Both the position numbers and the translations under genes were made by a program. A DNA stretch of 64,000 nucleotides from Methanobacteriota archaeon (GTDB lineage: Archaea; Thermoplasmatota; Poseidoniia; Poseidoniales; Thalassarchaeaceae), in assembly GCA_004195715.1 (NCBI GenBank), contig PSPX01000011.1, positions 4,339 through 68,338 on the forward strand, read 5' to 3'. How positions within the stretch are numbered: the stretch's first letter is position 1; every line of letters begins with the position of its first letter. The notes beneath the pieces were generated by a model. It had not been told where the DNA came from. It saw nothing but the letters and a program-made list of their open reading frames with translations, and ran no database searches. Below, one piece after another: positions 1-9,790 of this stretch.

Positions 1-2
1 GT

Positions 3-566
3 GATCCATACACCCTGCTGGTCGCTGTCATGCTGTCGGCACAGACCACGGATAAGAAGGTGAACGAGGTGACTCCGACGCTGTTCGAGTTTGCGGACTC
101 CCCTGAGCGCATGGCTTCTCTAGAGGTCGAACAGATACACACTATCATTCGAGAGATCGGACTTGCTCCAACCAAGGCCCGCAATCTCAAGCGAATGGCA
201 GAGCAGATAGTAGAGGACGGAGGAGGAGTGAGGCCGGATTGGGACTTTCTCGAGTCCCTCGCAGGAGTGGGTCACAAGACTGCCAGTGTGGTTATGGCGC
301 AGGCTTTCGGAGTGCCTGCATTCCCGGTTGACACCCACATCCACAGGCTAGCAGCGCGTTGGGGACTCTCCAACGACAGCAACGTTGTCAGAACCGAGCG
401 CGACCTCAAGAAAGTCTTCCCCGAAGAAACTTGGATTCGTAGACACCTGCAGATAATCTACTTTGGAAGAGAGCATTGCCCGGCTCTGCGCCACGACCTC
501 ACTCAGTGCCCCATTTGCTCATGGGCATCCACAAAGAAGCGCATTCTAGAGGAGATGCGGAGTTGA
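3..566 (+). CDS. nth: Endonuclease III (5' partial)
   Basis: LSAQTTD, HhH GVGHKTA, PVDTH, C-terminal Cys cluster; frame is open to the window edge (DPYTLLVAVM...). Confidence 0.93.
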   Translation, partial: DPYTLLVAVMLSAQTTDKKVNEVTPTLFEFADSPERMASLEVEQIHTIIREIGLAPTKARNLKRMAEQIVEDGGGVRPDWDFLESLAGVGHKTASVVMAQAFGVPAFPVDTHIHRLAARWGLSNDSNVVRTERDLKKVFPEETWIRRHLQIIYFGREHCPALRHDLTQCPICSWASTKKRILEEMRS

Positions 567-607
567 TTCACCGTCGGTTTTGTAGCCGTTGAACGACTCG
601 CAGCCTC

Positions 608-1090
608 ATGGGTAATGCGACGGAACTCAGTGTGGGCGATGCGGCTCCCGAATTCGAAGCGTCTGTGACCGACGGATCGACCATCAGACTATCGGAGATG
701 CTGAGTTCAGGTGATGGCGTGATACTCTACTTCTACCCGCGCGACAATACTTCGGGATGCACAGTGCAGGCCTGCGACTTCCGCGACAGCTTTGCTCGGT
801 TCACGGACTCGGGATGGAGGGTCATCGGAGTCTCCACCGATTCCGCCCAGAGCCATCAGAAGTTCATCGACAAGAACTCCCTGCCATTCGAACTCGTAGT
901 CGATGAGAACTTCTCTTTACACGAGGCATATGGCACTTGGAGGGAGAAGAACATGTACGGCAAGACGTATATGGGTACCCTGCGCTCGACTTTTGCCATA
1001 GGTTCGAACGGGATTCTGCGATGGGTTCGCTACAAGGTCAGCCCGAAAGGTCACGCTGATGAGTTGCTTTCAGACCTAGGGGTTGTCTGA
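608..1090 (+). CDS. bcp: Peroxiredoxin, BCP/PrxQ family
   Basis: FYPRDNTSGCTVQACDFRD motif. Confidence 0.93.
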   Translation: MGNATELSVGDAAPEFEASVTDGSTIRLSEMLSSGDGVILYFYPRDNTSGCTVQACDFRDSFARFTDSGWRVIGVSTDSAQSHQKFIDKNSLPFELVVDENFSLHEAYGTWREKNMYGKTYMGTLRSTFAIGSNGILRWVRYKVSPKGHADELLSDLGVV

Positions 1091-1317
1091 TGGACGTTGA
1101 CGAGCGCCGTAGGCTGGTGGAAGTGTTCCTCCGCCGTTGTGTAATCTACGCCGATGCATCGATTGAGCGGAAGAAGCAGCGTGAAGAGAGTGAGGATGTC
1201 ATCGCCCAGTGGCAGGCTTACCGTGATTTCACCCAGCATGCCGTCGAAGAGGTCGCCTCAGGGGATCTTGACACATGGCTCGAGGATGATTCTCAGACCT
1301 CGGACTCCGGTAGTTGA
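1090..1317 (+). CDS. Small hypothetical protein
   Basis: 75 aa; start overlaps the bcp stop (TGATG); helical, charged composition. Confidence 0.7.
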   Translation: MDVDERRRLVEVFLRRCVIYADASIERKKQREESEDVIAQWQAYRDFTQHAVEEVASGDLDTWLEDDSQTSDSGS

Positions 1318-1769
1318 TTCCAAATCGCCATTCCGAGTTTGTGCCGGTCAGTATCCACTCTCATCCTCGCGCCTGCCACCATCAGCAAGGTGTCTGACTC
1401 ATTTAGCGAGAACACCGGGTAACCTATCCTCTCACCCATCTCTTGCACCCTCCTCTTGCATACGTCCTGCTGGCTGGGCATTTGAGTGAGCGATCCGAGG
1501 TCAACCAACATCATGTTGCCCTCCAGCAGATCCTGCTCCATGCCTTGCAACGGTAACCGGTGTAGATCATCCGGCCTCAAGTAGACAACTCTCCGATTGG
1601 GTCTGGGGGTTATTCTACCGGTTCTCTCGGACCAGACATCTTCTCCCAGATCGTGGAACCGGTCATCGACCTGCGGACCTGGGTCGACGGACATCCTCTT
1701 GGGCTTTGCAGGCCGCTGCTGCACCTTGGATGGATCGGGCAATCCGAGGAGCCTGTACAGGTTGACCAC
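1293..1769 (-). CDS. sepF: Archaeal SepF-like cell division protein
   Basis: Disordered N-terminus, then LLEGNMMLVDLGSL...VQEMGERIG...LLMVAG resembling the SepF core. Confidence 0.65.
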   Translation of the reverse strand: MVNLYRLLGLPDPSKVQQRPAKPKRMSVDPGPQVDDRFHDLGEDVWSERTGRITPRPNRRVVYLRPDDLHRLPLQGMEQDLLEGNMMLVDLGSLTQMPSQQDVCKRRVQEMGERIGYPVFSLNESDTLLMVAGARMRVDTDRHKLGMAIWNQLPESEV

Positions 1770-1783
1770 GGTCTTGGGCGAGT

Positions 1784-4700
1784 CTAATCATCAAAGAGAC
1801 CTTCGATGTCCTTGTCATTCAGAGCCCCATCTACGGACGCTGCATCAGTCCTCGGAGCAAACTCTTCCTCAACTTCTTCTTGCACCGATTCTCCAGTCAG
1901 TTCCTTGAATGCATCCGCGAGTTCTCCATCCATCTTCTCGGGCTCCTCTGGAACCATCGGCTCTGGTATTCTAGGTGCCTCATCTACCACTGACTCACCT
2001 ATGTCTTTCTTAGGTCCCCGCTTTCTCTTTTCGGCATTGAAAGGATCGTAGTCAGGGTCATCGAAGGCATCGTCCATTGAGACTCGCTTGCCCCTGCGCC
2101 GGCTGACGTTTCCTGTCACCGTGGCCTCAACGACAACTTCAGGCGGGCGCATCCTCTGAATCAGCACCGCGACTAGAATGACTATCAGTCCGAACAGACC
2201 AATGTAGATACCATAGTCGGCCATCAGCACACCGAAGCTGAATGGCTCTTTCTTGACTTGGATGACCAGTGTGATGGAAGATCCAGCCCCTTCGTCGAAG
2301 GCAGTCATCTGGATGGTCCGTGTGCCTTCGCTAGAGAAGCTCACCTCAATCCATCTCCCTTCCCTATCGACATCGTTGGCTGGATCCCCGTCACCGTTGC
2401 TGTCCTTGCCAATGTCCAGATCCCAGATGTAGATCATGTGCTCCATGTCGAACTGCGAATCTGTGGTGCCGTTCGCGGATAGGACGATTACGTCCCCCTC
2501 CATGGGGGTGTAATCACTAGTAGACGCCCTAGCATCAGGGTTGACGTTGTTGACATCTATTGAGATGAGGATGCGCGCACTCTCGCCATTATCGTCTGTG
2601 ACATGGAAGACGATGTGATCGGGAGCAGTGGTGGCGTCAGACCAGGCGTGAGCAAGGTGCTGCGACTCGATGTCACAGTCATCGGTGGCGTTGCCCTCAG
2701 AGTCAGAGTTGACACTAGGATCGAGATCGAAGCAGGAGATTAGGTTGGGCAAGTCGCCCAAGGTGTCACTCACTTGGATTGACAGTTGCACCAACTCGTC
2801 CTCAGCCACAGGGAGCAACGGCGCAATCGGCGAGATAGATGGAGCCACGTTACTTACGAGGAACTGCATAATTAGCGTCTCAGTGCTGGCTCCATCATCA
2901 TCAACCACTTGCAGAGTTGCGAGATGCTGCCCGGAGGTGTCGTAGATATGTCCAAATTCACTCTGATAGCCAGTGCTGCTAATGATTAGTCCTGGCTGTA
3001 ACTCCGCATCCGGTGACCAGTGGTGTTGGAGTCCGCCCAAGTCGTTTGCAGAGTCATCAGCCCATCCTCTGAAAATCAAAGCATCACCTTCATTGACAGT
3101 ATACCTAGCGTTCTCTCCGAGCATCTGAGGTACGAGCCTGTTTGGCCCAGACCAGATCTCAGCCTGCGGGTTTGTTGGAGCAATGTTCGTCACATCAATG
3201 GTCAGCGTGTCGTCGGCAGTGGCTCCATCGTCGTCCATCACCGTGACTCCCATAGTGAAAGGGCCCTCTGATTCTGGGGTGACCGTGCACCGCAACCCGA
3301 CCTGCCCCTCATCGCATGGTAAGTGCCACTGTATATCGATAGGGGCTTCTTGGTTCAGCGTATCCATGTCTCCACTTTCCTCGACGTCAAAAGTAACCGA
3401 TGAAAGCACCGGTACTGAGGATTGATCGACCCCAATCTCAACCTCTGGAGGCCTATTTAGAATGGTGATGTAAGCCTCAGCGTAGTCCTGATCACTCTCG
3501 TCGTCCGTGATTGTCAATGAGACTAGGAAGACTCCATCGTCATCCCAAGTGTACTCTTGGACACAGTCTTCTTCGGTCGAAATCCAGTTCTCGCCGTTGA
3601 GCTTCTCGACTGTGAATTCACAAGTCGTCTCACCTCCATCAGGGTCATATGACGATAGACCATTGAAACTCACTTCTGACATTGTCAATGAATCCAAGAC
3701 GATTGAGAGGTATGCGGTAGGAAGCCTGCCGATGAAAAGGGTGAACGAACCCTCGTTGTTCGACCGATTACCGTCCGCGGAAATTTCCTCGTTGGGGTCG
3801 ACCGTAAAAGTCAGGCTGATATCGCCGGATGGTTGATTCTCAGGAACAGTCCAAACAACGTCGACCCGCATCTCCTCGAGGCTCGATAAGCTCGGGATCT
3901 CAGTTGAGGATGTCGAGCCGTCAGGGGCACCGACTAACAAAGTGGTTACAGGGGAATTTGAGAGTCCCCTATTGAGGACTGGAACACTGAAAGTCAGTTG
4001 GTCATCAGGTATCGCATTGAAGCCTATGTTGTTGTCCAGTGTGACTGTCCTGTTACCCCTAGTCCTCTCTACGGTAACACCTTCAGAGCGAGAGATAAGA
4101 TCGATTGCGTGAACTTCTGGGTCAATTGTTACCGTGGAAGCCCCTATAATCAAGTTTGCAGGATTTGTTCCACTGGCCCATACAATGATTCCATGACTCC
4201 CTAATTCTCCCTGAGTAGTCGTGCCATCAGGAAGGTGGCCAGTGTTGAATGTAAGGAAGGCAGAACCGTTTGACGCAGTAGTAAGATTGTGTTGTAATGC
4301 AGTACCGCTACCTCCGTTTATCCACCTGTCATACGCGGCAATTTCATATCTAAATCTGACATTTTCATCAGATATTGGCTGACCTTGGCTGGTGACGTTA
4401 ATCCAAGTCGATATCTCAAAATCTAGGGGAGAGAGCGGATGCTCAACTTCGATGGTGATTTGCTTTGGCCTGCTGGCCGCTTGGTATGTGGTGAGTTCAT
4501 GTTCGGCTTGAATTCCGAGGCCTGCGACTGAATACGAGGTTCGAATATCGCCCCTAATCGCCGGACAGTACCACTTGTATCCGGTCTCATCTCCATTGTC
4601 ATCATAGTTCGTTATGTTGTAAGATTGTGAACACCCATTGTAGAATGTGCCTGGATAGCCTTGGCTAACAACTTCCCAACTGGTGGTATTACTACTGGTG

Positions 4701-5434
4701 CTGTCAGAGGGAAATGTCACATAATCACTCGTGCCACTATAGTCAGTCTCTACGGTGTAGTCGGTTTCCCAAACTTCACCCACACTGAGGGGGAAGTCGT
4801 AACCCTCCAATGTTGGGACGTAGTCGTTTGTAACGGTCAAATCTGCTATGGGCGTATTGATAGTGATAAACCAGATTGTAGTGATGAAATCGATGTCGAA
4901 AGTAGCCACTTCACGAAACACAGACAAATCTGAAACACTAATCCATTCTTCGGTATCCATGTATACGCGCAAGTCACCATTGTTTCCGTCTAGGCTTACG
5001 TCTTCGGCCTCATAGAAGGCAGTCCCCTCAACTTTGTAACACATTAAGTCCAGATCCCAATCTATCTCGCCATCGTTATTTACATCACACCACCCAATGT
5101 CTGATACTGTCTGCGTCAGAGTTCCTTCAAGATACTGAACATTCGAACTGACTCCCGAACTGGCAACGAAGGCACCTACGTCGAGGTAGCCATCATAGCT
5201 CCAAGCATCGTTTATCTTCCAAGCGGGCACATCTACCAGATTTACCGACCTAACTGAAGATTCCATTATTTGTAAGTCCGAAAGTTCCTCGGAGGGCGCT
5301 TTCACATCCATGAAAACGCCGGACTGAGCGGATATCATCATCAGAAGAGCGAGTCCGACAGACAGCCTCGCGTGTGAGCGCATGCCTCGCCGGAACGGCG
5401 AGGAACGCATCAATATCACCCCTGAGGGCCTCAA
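1784..5434 (-). CDS. Large PKD/CARDB-domain surface protein with C-terminal TM anchor and acidic tail
   Basis: N-terminal hydrophobic segment, CARDB-like VDPNEEI...SNN, several PKD-like repeats (SYDPDG, VTDDNG, LTITDDE), TM helix near C-terminus; true start may be 5410 or 5383. Confidence 0.85.
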   Translation of the reverse strand: MRPSGVILMRSSPFRRGMRSHARLSVGLALLMMISAQSGVFMDVKAPSEELSDLQIMESSVRSVNLVDVPAWKINDAWSYDGYLDVGAFVASSGVSSNVQYLEGTLTQTVSDIGWCDVNNDGEIDWDLDLMCYKVEGTAFYEAEDVSLDGNNGDLRVYMDTEEWISVSDLSVFREVATFDIDFITTIWFITINTPIADLTVTNDYVPTLEGYDFPLSVGEVWETDYTVETDYSGTSDYVTFPSDSTSSNTTSWEVVSQGYPGTFYNGCSQSYNITNYDDNGDETGYKWYCPAIRGDIRTSYSVAGLGIQAEHELTTYQAASRPKQITIEVEHPLSPLDFEISTWINVTSQGQPISDENVRFRYEIAAYDRWINGGSGTALQHNLTTASNGSAFLTFNTGHLPDGTTTQGELGSHGIIVWASGTNPANLIIGASTVTIDPEVHAIDLISRSEGVTVERTRGNRTVTLDNNIGFNAIPDDQLTFSVPVLNRGLSNSPVTTLLVGAPDGSTSSTEIPSLSSLEEMRVDVVWTVPENQPSGDISLTFTVDPNEEISADGNRSNNEGSFTLFIGRLPTAYLSIVLDSLTMSEVSFNGLSSYDPDGGETTCEFTVEKLNGENWISTEEDCVQEYTWDDDGVFLVSLTITDDESDQDYAEAYITILNRPPEVEIGVDQSSVPVLSSVTFDVEESGDMDTLNQEAPIDIQWHLPCDEGQVGLRCTVTPESEGPFTMGVTVMDDDGATADDTLTIDVTNIAPTNPQAEIWSGPNRLVPQMLGENARYTVNEGDALIFRGWADDSANDLGGLQHHWSPDAELQPGLIISSTGYQSEFGHIYDTSGQHLATLQVVDDDGASTETLIMQFLVSNVAPSISPIAPLLPVAEDELVQLSIQVSDTLGDLPNLISCFDLDPSVNSDSEGNATDDCDIESQHLAHAWSDATTAPDHIVFHVTDDNGESARILISIDVNNVNPDARASTSDYTPMEGDVIVLSANGTTDSQFDMEHMIYIWDLDIGKDSNGDGDPANDVDREGRWIEVSFSSEGTRTIQMTAFDEGAGSSITLVIQVKKEPFSFGVLMADYGIYIGLFGLIVILVAVLIQRMRPPEVVVEATVTGNVSRRRGKRVSMDDAFDDPDYDPFNAEKRKRGPKKDIGESVVDEAPRIPEPMVPEEPEKMDGELADAFKELTGESVQEEVEEEFAPRTDAASVDGALNDKDIEGLFDD

Positions 5435-5437
5435 AAT

Positions 5438-6169
5438 CTACAGTAAATCCGCCAATTCGTCCTGGATGAACTGGACTGCCTCGAGGATCTCGCTCTTGGC
5501 GCGGGCGCCGGTAATCACCATCTTGCCGCTGCCGAATATCAGGCAGACGACCTTGGGGTAATCGAGTCTGTAGATCAGCCCTGGGAACTGTTCGGGCTCG
5601 TACTCGACCTTGTCAAACGGCAGGTGGAAGGTGAGATTGTTCAGATTCAACTTGCGTGGAAGCGCAGCCAAAGGCTCGCCCTCGCGGATGCCGCGGATGC
5701 GAGGATCCTCGTCGTCGCTACCCATGGCCTTTACCTCCGCGTCGGTGGCTGCGCGAATACCGCCGTCGGCAGTGTCGATAACGCGGGTATTATTGTCGTC
5801 CATCCGAGCCATGCCGCCGTAGTCCTCGGGATAGAACAGAGAGTAGGTGGCGACCATGTTCTGGACCTCGATTTCGACATCCTTGAGATCCCATGTTTCT
5901 ATCCCTGCAGCACGCAGGTCTTTCGTCATCATCTCGATTCCAACCTCGATGTTGTTCTGGTTCTTACCGCCAGTGCAAACCGCGCGTCCGGACCGGAACA
6001 TTAGGATGGCGAGTTTTGGGTCCTTGACCCTGTAGACGACGCCCGGAAATTGCTCGGGCTCGTACTCGCAGTTCAGTTGGATGGCTATGTCAGGTAGGTC
6101 GAGTTCCTCCGCCACTCTGGTGGAGGCGACCACGTTTACGACAGTCAGTCGCTCTTCATCGCTAAGCAT
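5438..6169 (-). CDS. tbp: TATA-box binding protein with ~59-aa insertion in repeat 2
   Basis: Two YEPEQFPG repeats, NVVAS/NMVAT, FRSGRAVCTG/FGSGKMVITG. Confidence 0.96.
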   Translation of the reverse strand: MLSDEERLTVVNVVASTRVAEELDLPDIAIQLNCEYEPEQFPGVVYRVKDPKLAILMFRSGRAVCTGGKNQNNIEVGIEMMTKDLRAAGIETWDLKDVEIEVQNMVATYSLFYPEDYGGMARMDDNNTRVIDTADGGIRAATDAEVKAMGSDDEDPRIRGIREGEPLAALPRKLNLNNLTFHLPFDKVEYEPEQFPGLIYRLDYPKVVCLIFGSGKMVITGARAKSEILEAVQFIQDELADLL

Positions 6170-6190
6170 GGGCCGCGCAGTTATATGCTA

Positions 6191-6198
6191 CTTATAAA
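6191..6198 (-). promoter_or_regulatory. Canonical TATA box (TTTATAAG) of tbp
   Basis: 22-29 nt upstream of the tbp ATG, in an AT-rich intergenic patch. Confidence 0.65.
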
Positions 6199-6256
6199 CA
6201 ATAGTTGCATCGAAATAACCGCAATTTCATCTCAATAGGCCGTTTTCGACCAAATT

Positions 6257-7246
6257 TCACAGTAAATGGACGCCGGATGCCCCAAATCTGGAGATTAGAG
6301 GCCTTCCACCGGCTATCTCGATGGCCTCTGCGACCCTTTGTGGCTCTCGTGCTAGGGCGACCATGCAGCCCCCTCCTCCAGCGCCAGTCAGTTTGGCCCC
6401 CAGTGCGTGTGGCCCTACCGCTTCTACGAGGGCCTCGAGTGAGGGACTGCTCACTCCGAGCAAGCGTAGTTTCTGATGACACGCGTCCATAGCCATACCG
6501 ACCGCTTCCAGGTTTCCGGCTGAAAGCGCAGTGAGTCCGGCTCGTGTTATCCTAGCTATTGCGTCCATCTCCTTCTCCAACTGCGGCTCATCCTTGAGCC
6601 GTTGGGCCACTCCAGCCACCATCTTACCAGTCGGTGAAGCCTCTCCAGTGAAGCCAATTACCAGCCACGCCTCCTCCATATCAGAGGGCAGGTCGACAAT
6701 GTTGACTGACCACTCCCTTTCGCCCTCCGGAGTTGTCAGGGTCGCATCGAAGACATGCCGAGTTCCCTCTATGTGTTCGCCCGAGACCACGACGCAACCT
6801 CCGAGAGCACTGGTGGCAGTGTCCGTCGGACTTGCGCGACCCTGTTGTGCCCGGGCTTCTGCCAAATGGCTCATGCGAGCCAGTCCGACCGGATCGATAG
6901 GCTCGCTTGGTTTGGTATGTGAGTGCAGTGCGGCCCCTATGGCATTTGAAAGGGCAGCCGAAGATCCCAATCCGGCGGCTGAGAACAGCCCGCTATTGAC
7001 CTCCATCCTCAGTGAAGGTCCGTCGTATCTGAACACCTCGTCAAGGATGTGCGAGATGTGCGGGTGTCTGGCCGAATCGAATGGAAGCCCCTCGAGAGTC
7101 CATCTGTCGGACTCCTCGATGCTAACCTCGACCCCGCTGTCTATGGCAACTGCCACTGCGGGGTGACCGTAAACCACGGCATGCTCTCCAAACAGGATGC
7201 ACTTGCCCGGTGCGAACGCCCTCGCCATGACCATAGGCCGGGTCAT
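6257..7246 (-). CDS. mvk: Mevalonate kinase
   Basis: APGKCILFGEHAVVYG, GLGSSAA, GAKLTGAGGGG GHMP motifs; start could be 7234 or 7228. Confidence 0.93.
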   Translation of the reverse strand: MTRPMVMARAFAPGKCILFGEHAVVYGHPAVAVAIDSGVEVSIEESDRWTLEGLPFDSARHPHISHILDEVFRYDGPSLRMEVNSGLFSAAGLGSSAALSNAIGAALHSHTKPSEPIDPVGLARMSHLAEARAQQGRASPTDTATSALGGCVVVSGEHIEGTRHVFDATLTTPEGEREWSVNIVDLPSDMEEAWLVIGFTGEASPTGKMVAGVAQRLKDEPQLEKEMDAIARITRAGLTALSAGNLEAVGMAMDACHQKLRLLGVSSPSLEALVEAVGPHALGAKLTGAGGGGCMVALAREPQRVAEAIEIAGGRPLISRFGASGVHLL

Positions 7247-7338
7247 TGGACCATGAGTGTTGGCCTCGGCAGGCGGTTGTTTCAAGGACGTAGCGCCACC
7301 CGAGTGATTTGTCAGGCGTAGCCTGACAGGAGATTAAG

Positions 7339-9369
7339 ATGGAGCATCCACTCCTACAGTCATACGGTTCTCTGGATGGTTGGCACATACTGCTCGTCAT
7401 CGGGGGTCTCTCTATCGGCTTCTTCGTCTATCAGGTGCAGAAGGCCACTCGGCTGGTAATGTTGGGTGCGCAGGACAACCGCTTCGACTCGTGGTTCACC
7501 AGAATCAGCGAGTTCACCACGGGCTGGCTGGGCCAAAAAAGGGTCCTGAGGGACCGCGTCGCCGGCAGCATGCACGTCCTGATGTTTTGGGGATTCTTGA
7601 TGCTAGCCTCCGACATGTTTGACCTTGCTACTGCGAACGCCTTCTCGGACCACGTTCTCCCTGAGTTGCTGAACGGACCTTGGAATGGGATGGTCGAACT
7701 GGGCTACACCATGGCTTTGATTGGATGCGTCGCGGCTTTGATTCGCAGAGTTGCATTCACCCCTGAGAAACTGAAGGGCGAATCTCAGTTAGAGGGCAAC
7801 GTCATCCTGTTCCTAATTTTCTCCATCACGGTCACATCGTTCGTGGTCGAATCCTTTCACAGCCCGTCCAGTACTTGGGAGCCAATTGGATACTGGGTCT
7901 CTGGCATGGGCATTGCCGACGGGACCATTGTATCCGCTTATTGGATCCACATGCTCTCTATCTGCGTGTTCTTCGTGCTGATTCCACTCTCCAAGCACAT
8001 GCATCTGGTGATGGCCGTGCCAAACGTCTTCTTCCACGATGTCGAGCCGCCGGGCAAGATGCGACCACTCGCGGTCGGCGACGATGGCAAGGCGGTTCCG
8101 CTGGAGGACTTGGACATCGATTCCTTCGGAGTTAGCACTTACACACAGTACACCTGGAGGCAGTTGATAGACGGCTGGTCGTGCACCTCGTGTGCACGCT
8201 GTCAGGATGTCTGCCCGGCCTACGCCTCGGGCAAGGGACTCAATCCGATGAAAGTCATTCACGACGTTCGCAACTACGCCAACGAACACGCGCCGCTGCT
8301 GCTGGCAGGAGAGCAGCCCGAGGAGACGATGATGCAGCGTATCACAGAGGAGGCAGTTTGGGCCTGCACCACTTGCAATGCCTGCGTTGATGTCTGCCCT
8401 CTCTACATCGAACATGTCCCCAAGCTCACGGACTTGCGTCGTAATGCGATGATGGAGACCATGGAGTACCCCGAGACCCTCAATACGGCGATGGGCAACA
8501 TCGAATCCGCATCGAATCCGTATGGCTTCGGCGCGCACGAGCGCGCCGAATGGGCCGCGGACCTCGATGTCAAGATTGGCGAGCCCGCTGAGTACATCTA
8601 CTTCGTTGGCTGCGCAGGGAGCTTCGACGAGCGTAATCAAAAGGTCGCGCGCTCAACGATATCCCTGCTAAAGGAGGCGGGCCTCGATGTCGGCATCCTA
8701 GGTATGCAGGAGGGTTGCTCGGGAGACCCAGCCCGCAGAGCGGGTAACGAGTACCTGTTCCAGATGTTGGCCGAGACCAACATGATGACATTTCAGGAGC
8801 TGGGTGTCAAGCGCATAATCGCCTCTTGTCCGCATTGTTTCCACACTCTTGGCAAAGAGTATGGCGATTACGGTGGTGACGAGCTTGAGGTATTCCACCA
8901 CTCTGAGATCCTAGCTAAACTGCAGGATGAGGGCAAGCTGCCGCAGGTAGAGAAGAATGGCCGTAGCGTGACCTTCCACGACCCGTGCTACCTCGGTCGA
9001 ATCGGAGGGGTAATCGATGAGCCCAGGGATGTCATTGGAGGCGTAGATGTGGAGGTCGAGAGGCACGGTCAGGACTCGTTCTGCTGTGGCGCGGGAGGCG
9101 CGCAAATGTGGATGGAGGAAGACGCCGACAAGCGAGTCAACGTGATTCGCGCCAAGGAGCTCTCTGAGACCGGCTGCGACACCGTCGCAGTAGGATGCCC
9201 GTTCTGCTCGATCATGATCAACGACGGCCTAGACGCAGTCGGGGCCGAGATGGAAGTGATGGACGTGGCTGAGTTGCTTTGGGAACAGATCGTGGCTAGG
9301 GACGAGGAAATTCAGGAACTTATTGCTAGACCGCTGAAGAGCTTGCCGGGCAGTGACCATCAAAAGTAA
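7339..9369 (+). CDS. Membrane Fe-S oxidoreductase (FadF/EtfD/HdrD-GlpC-like; NarI-like TM domain, two 4Fe-4S, two CCG domains)
   Basis: TM N-terminus with His pairs, CTSCARCQDVCP, CTTCNACVDVCP, GCSG, CCGAGG, FHDPCYLGR. Confidence 0.88.
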   Translation: MEHPLLQSYGSLDGWHILLVIGGLSIGFFVYQVQKATRLVMLGAQDNRFDSWFTRISEFTTGWLGQKRVLRDRVAGSMHVLMFWGFLMLASDMFDLATANAFSDHVLPELLNGPWNGMVELGYTMALIGCVAALIRRVAFTPEKLKGESQLEGNVILFLIFSITVTSFVVESFHSPSSTWEPIGYWVSGMGIADGTIVSAYWIHMLSICVFFVLIPLSKHMHLVMAVPNVFFHDVEPPGKMRPLAVGDDGKAVPLEDLDIDSFGVSTYTQYTWRQLIDGWSCTSCARCQDVCPAYASGKGLNPMKVIHDVRNYANEHAPLLLAGEQPEETMMQRITEEAVWACTTCNACVDVCPLYIEHVPKLTDLRRNAMMETMEYPETLNTAMGNIESASNPYGFGAHERAEWAADLDVKIGEPAEYIYFVGCAGSFDERNQKVARSTISLLKEAGLDVGILGMQEGCSGDPARRAGNEYLFQMLAETNMMTFQELGVKRIIASCPHCFHTLGKEYGDYGGDELEVFHHSEILAKLQDEGKLPQVEKNGRSVTFHDPCYLGRIGGVIDEPRDVIGGVDVEVERHGQDSFCCGAGGAQMWMEEDADKRVNVIRAKELSETGCDTVAVGCPFCSIMINDGLDAVGAEMEVMDVAELLWEQIVARDEEIQELIARPLKSLPGSDHQK

Positions 9370-9388
9370 GAGCCAATGACGTGATAGA

Positions 9389-9790
9389 ATGAGCGACGAG
9401 TTCACTTTCTTCGGATTGACCGTGCCAAAACTAGCCAGAGCCGATGGCGGCTTTCTGGTTCTTTGGGGTATCGCTGCTTACTTCCTACAGAGTTCGGATC
9501 CCCCCTCCCTCACGGCGATGATTCCCGCTTTCCTAGGTGCTCCACTTCTGATACTCGGCATCTTAGCTGATAGGAATACGGCTAACCTACACCACTACAT
9601 GCACGCAGCGATGGGCGTCGCTTTTCTGATGGTACTGGGGGGTGCTCGCATAATCACTGGGTGGAATGGAATGTCTAATCTGACACTAGCGTCTCACATC
9701 GTGCTCATAGCCACAGGTGTCTGTTTCATGACCGCTGGCATCAGGTCATTCAGACACGCTCGAAAACTTAGGGAAGCAGGAGGTGATTGA
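9389..9790 (+). CDS. Small four-TM membrane protein
   Basis: Four hydrophobic segments; SLTAMIPAFLG. Confidence 0.75.
   Translation: MSDEFTFFGLTVPKLARADGGFLVLWGIAAYFLQSSDPPSLTAMIPAFLGAPLLILGILADRNTANLHHYMHAAMGVAFLMVLGGARIITGWNGMSNLTLASHIVLIATGVCFMTAGIRSFRHARKLREAGGD

Noticed and set aside
5660-5836. TBP insertion as an intein or intron
   Set aside because: No C/S start or HN-C/S/T end, far too short for an intein, and the frame is open with normal codon style.
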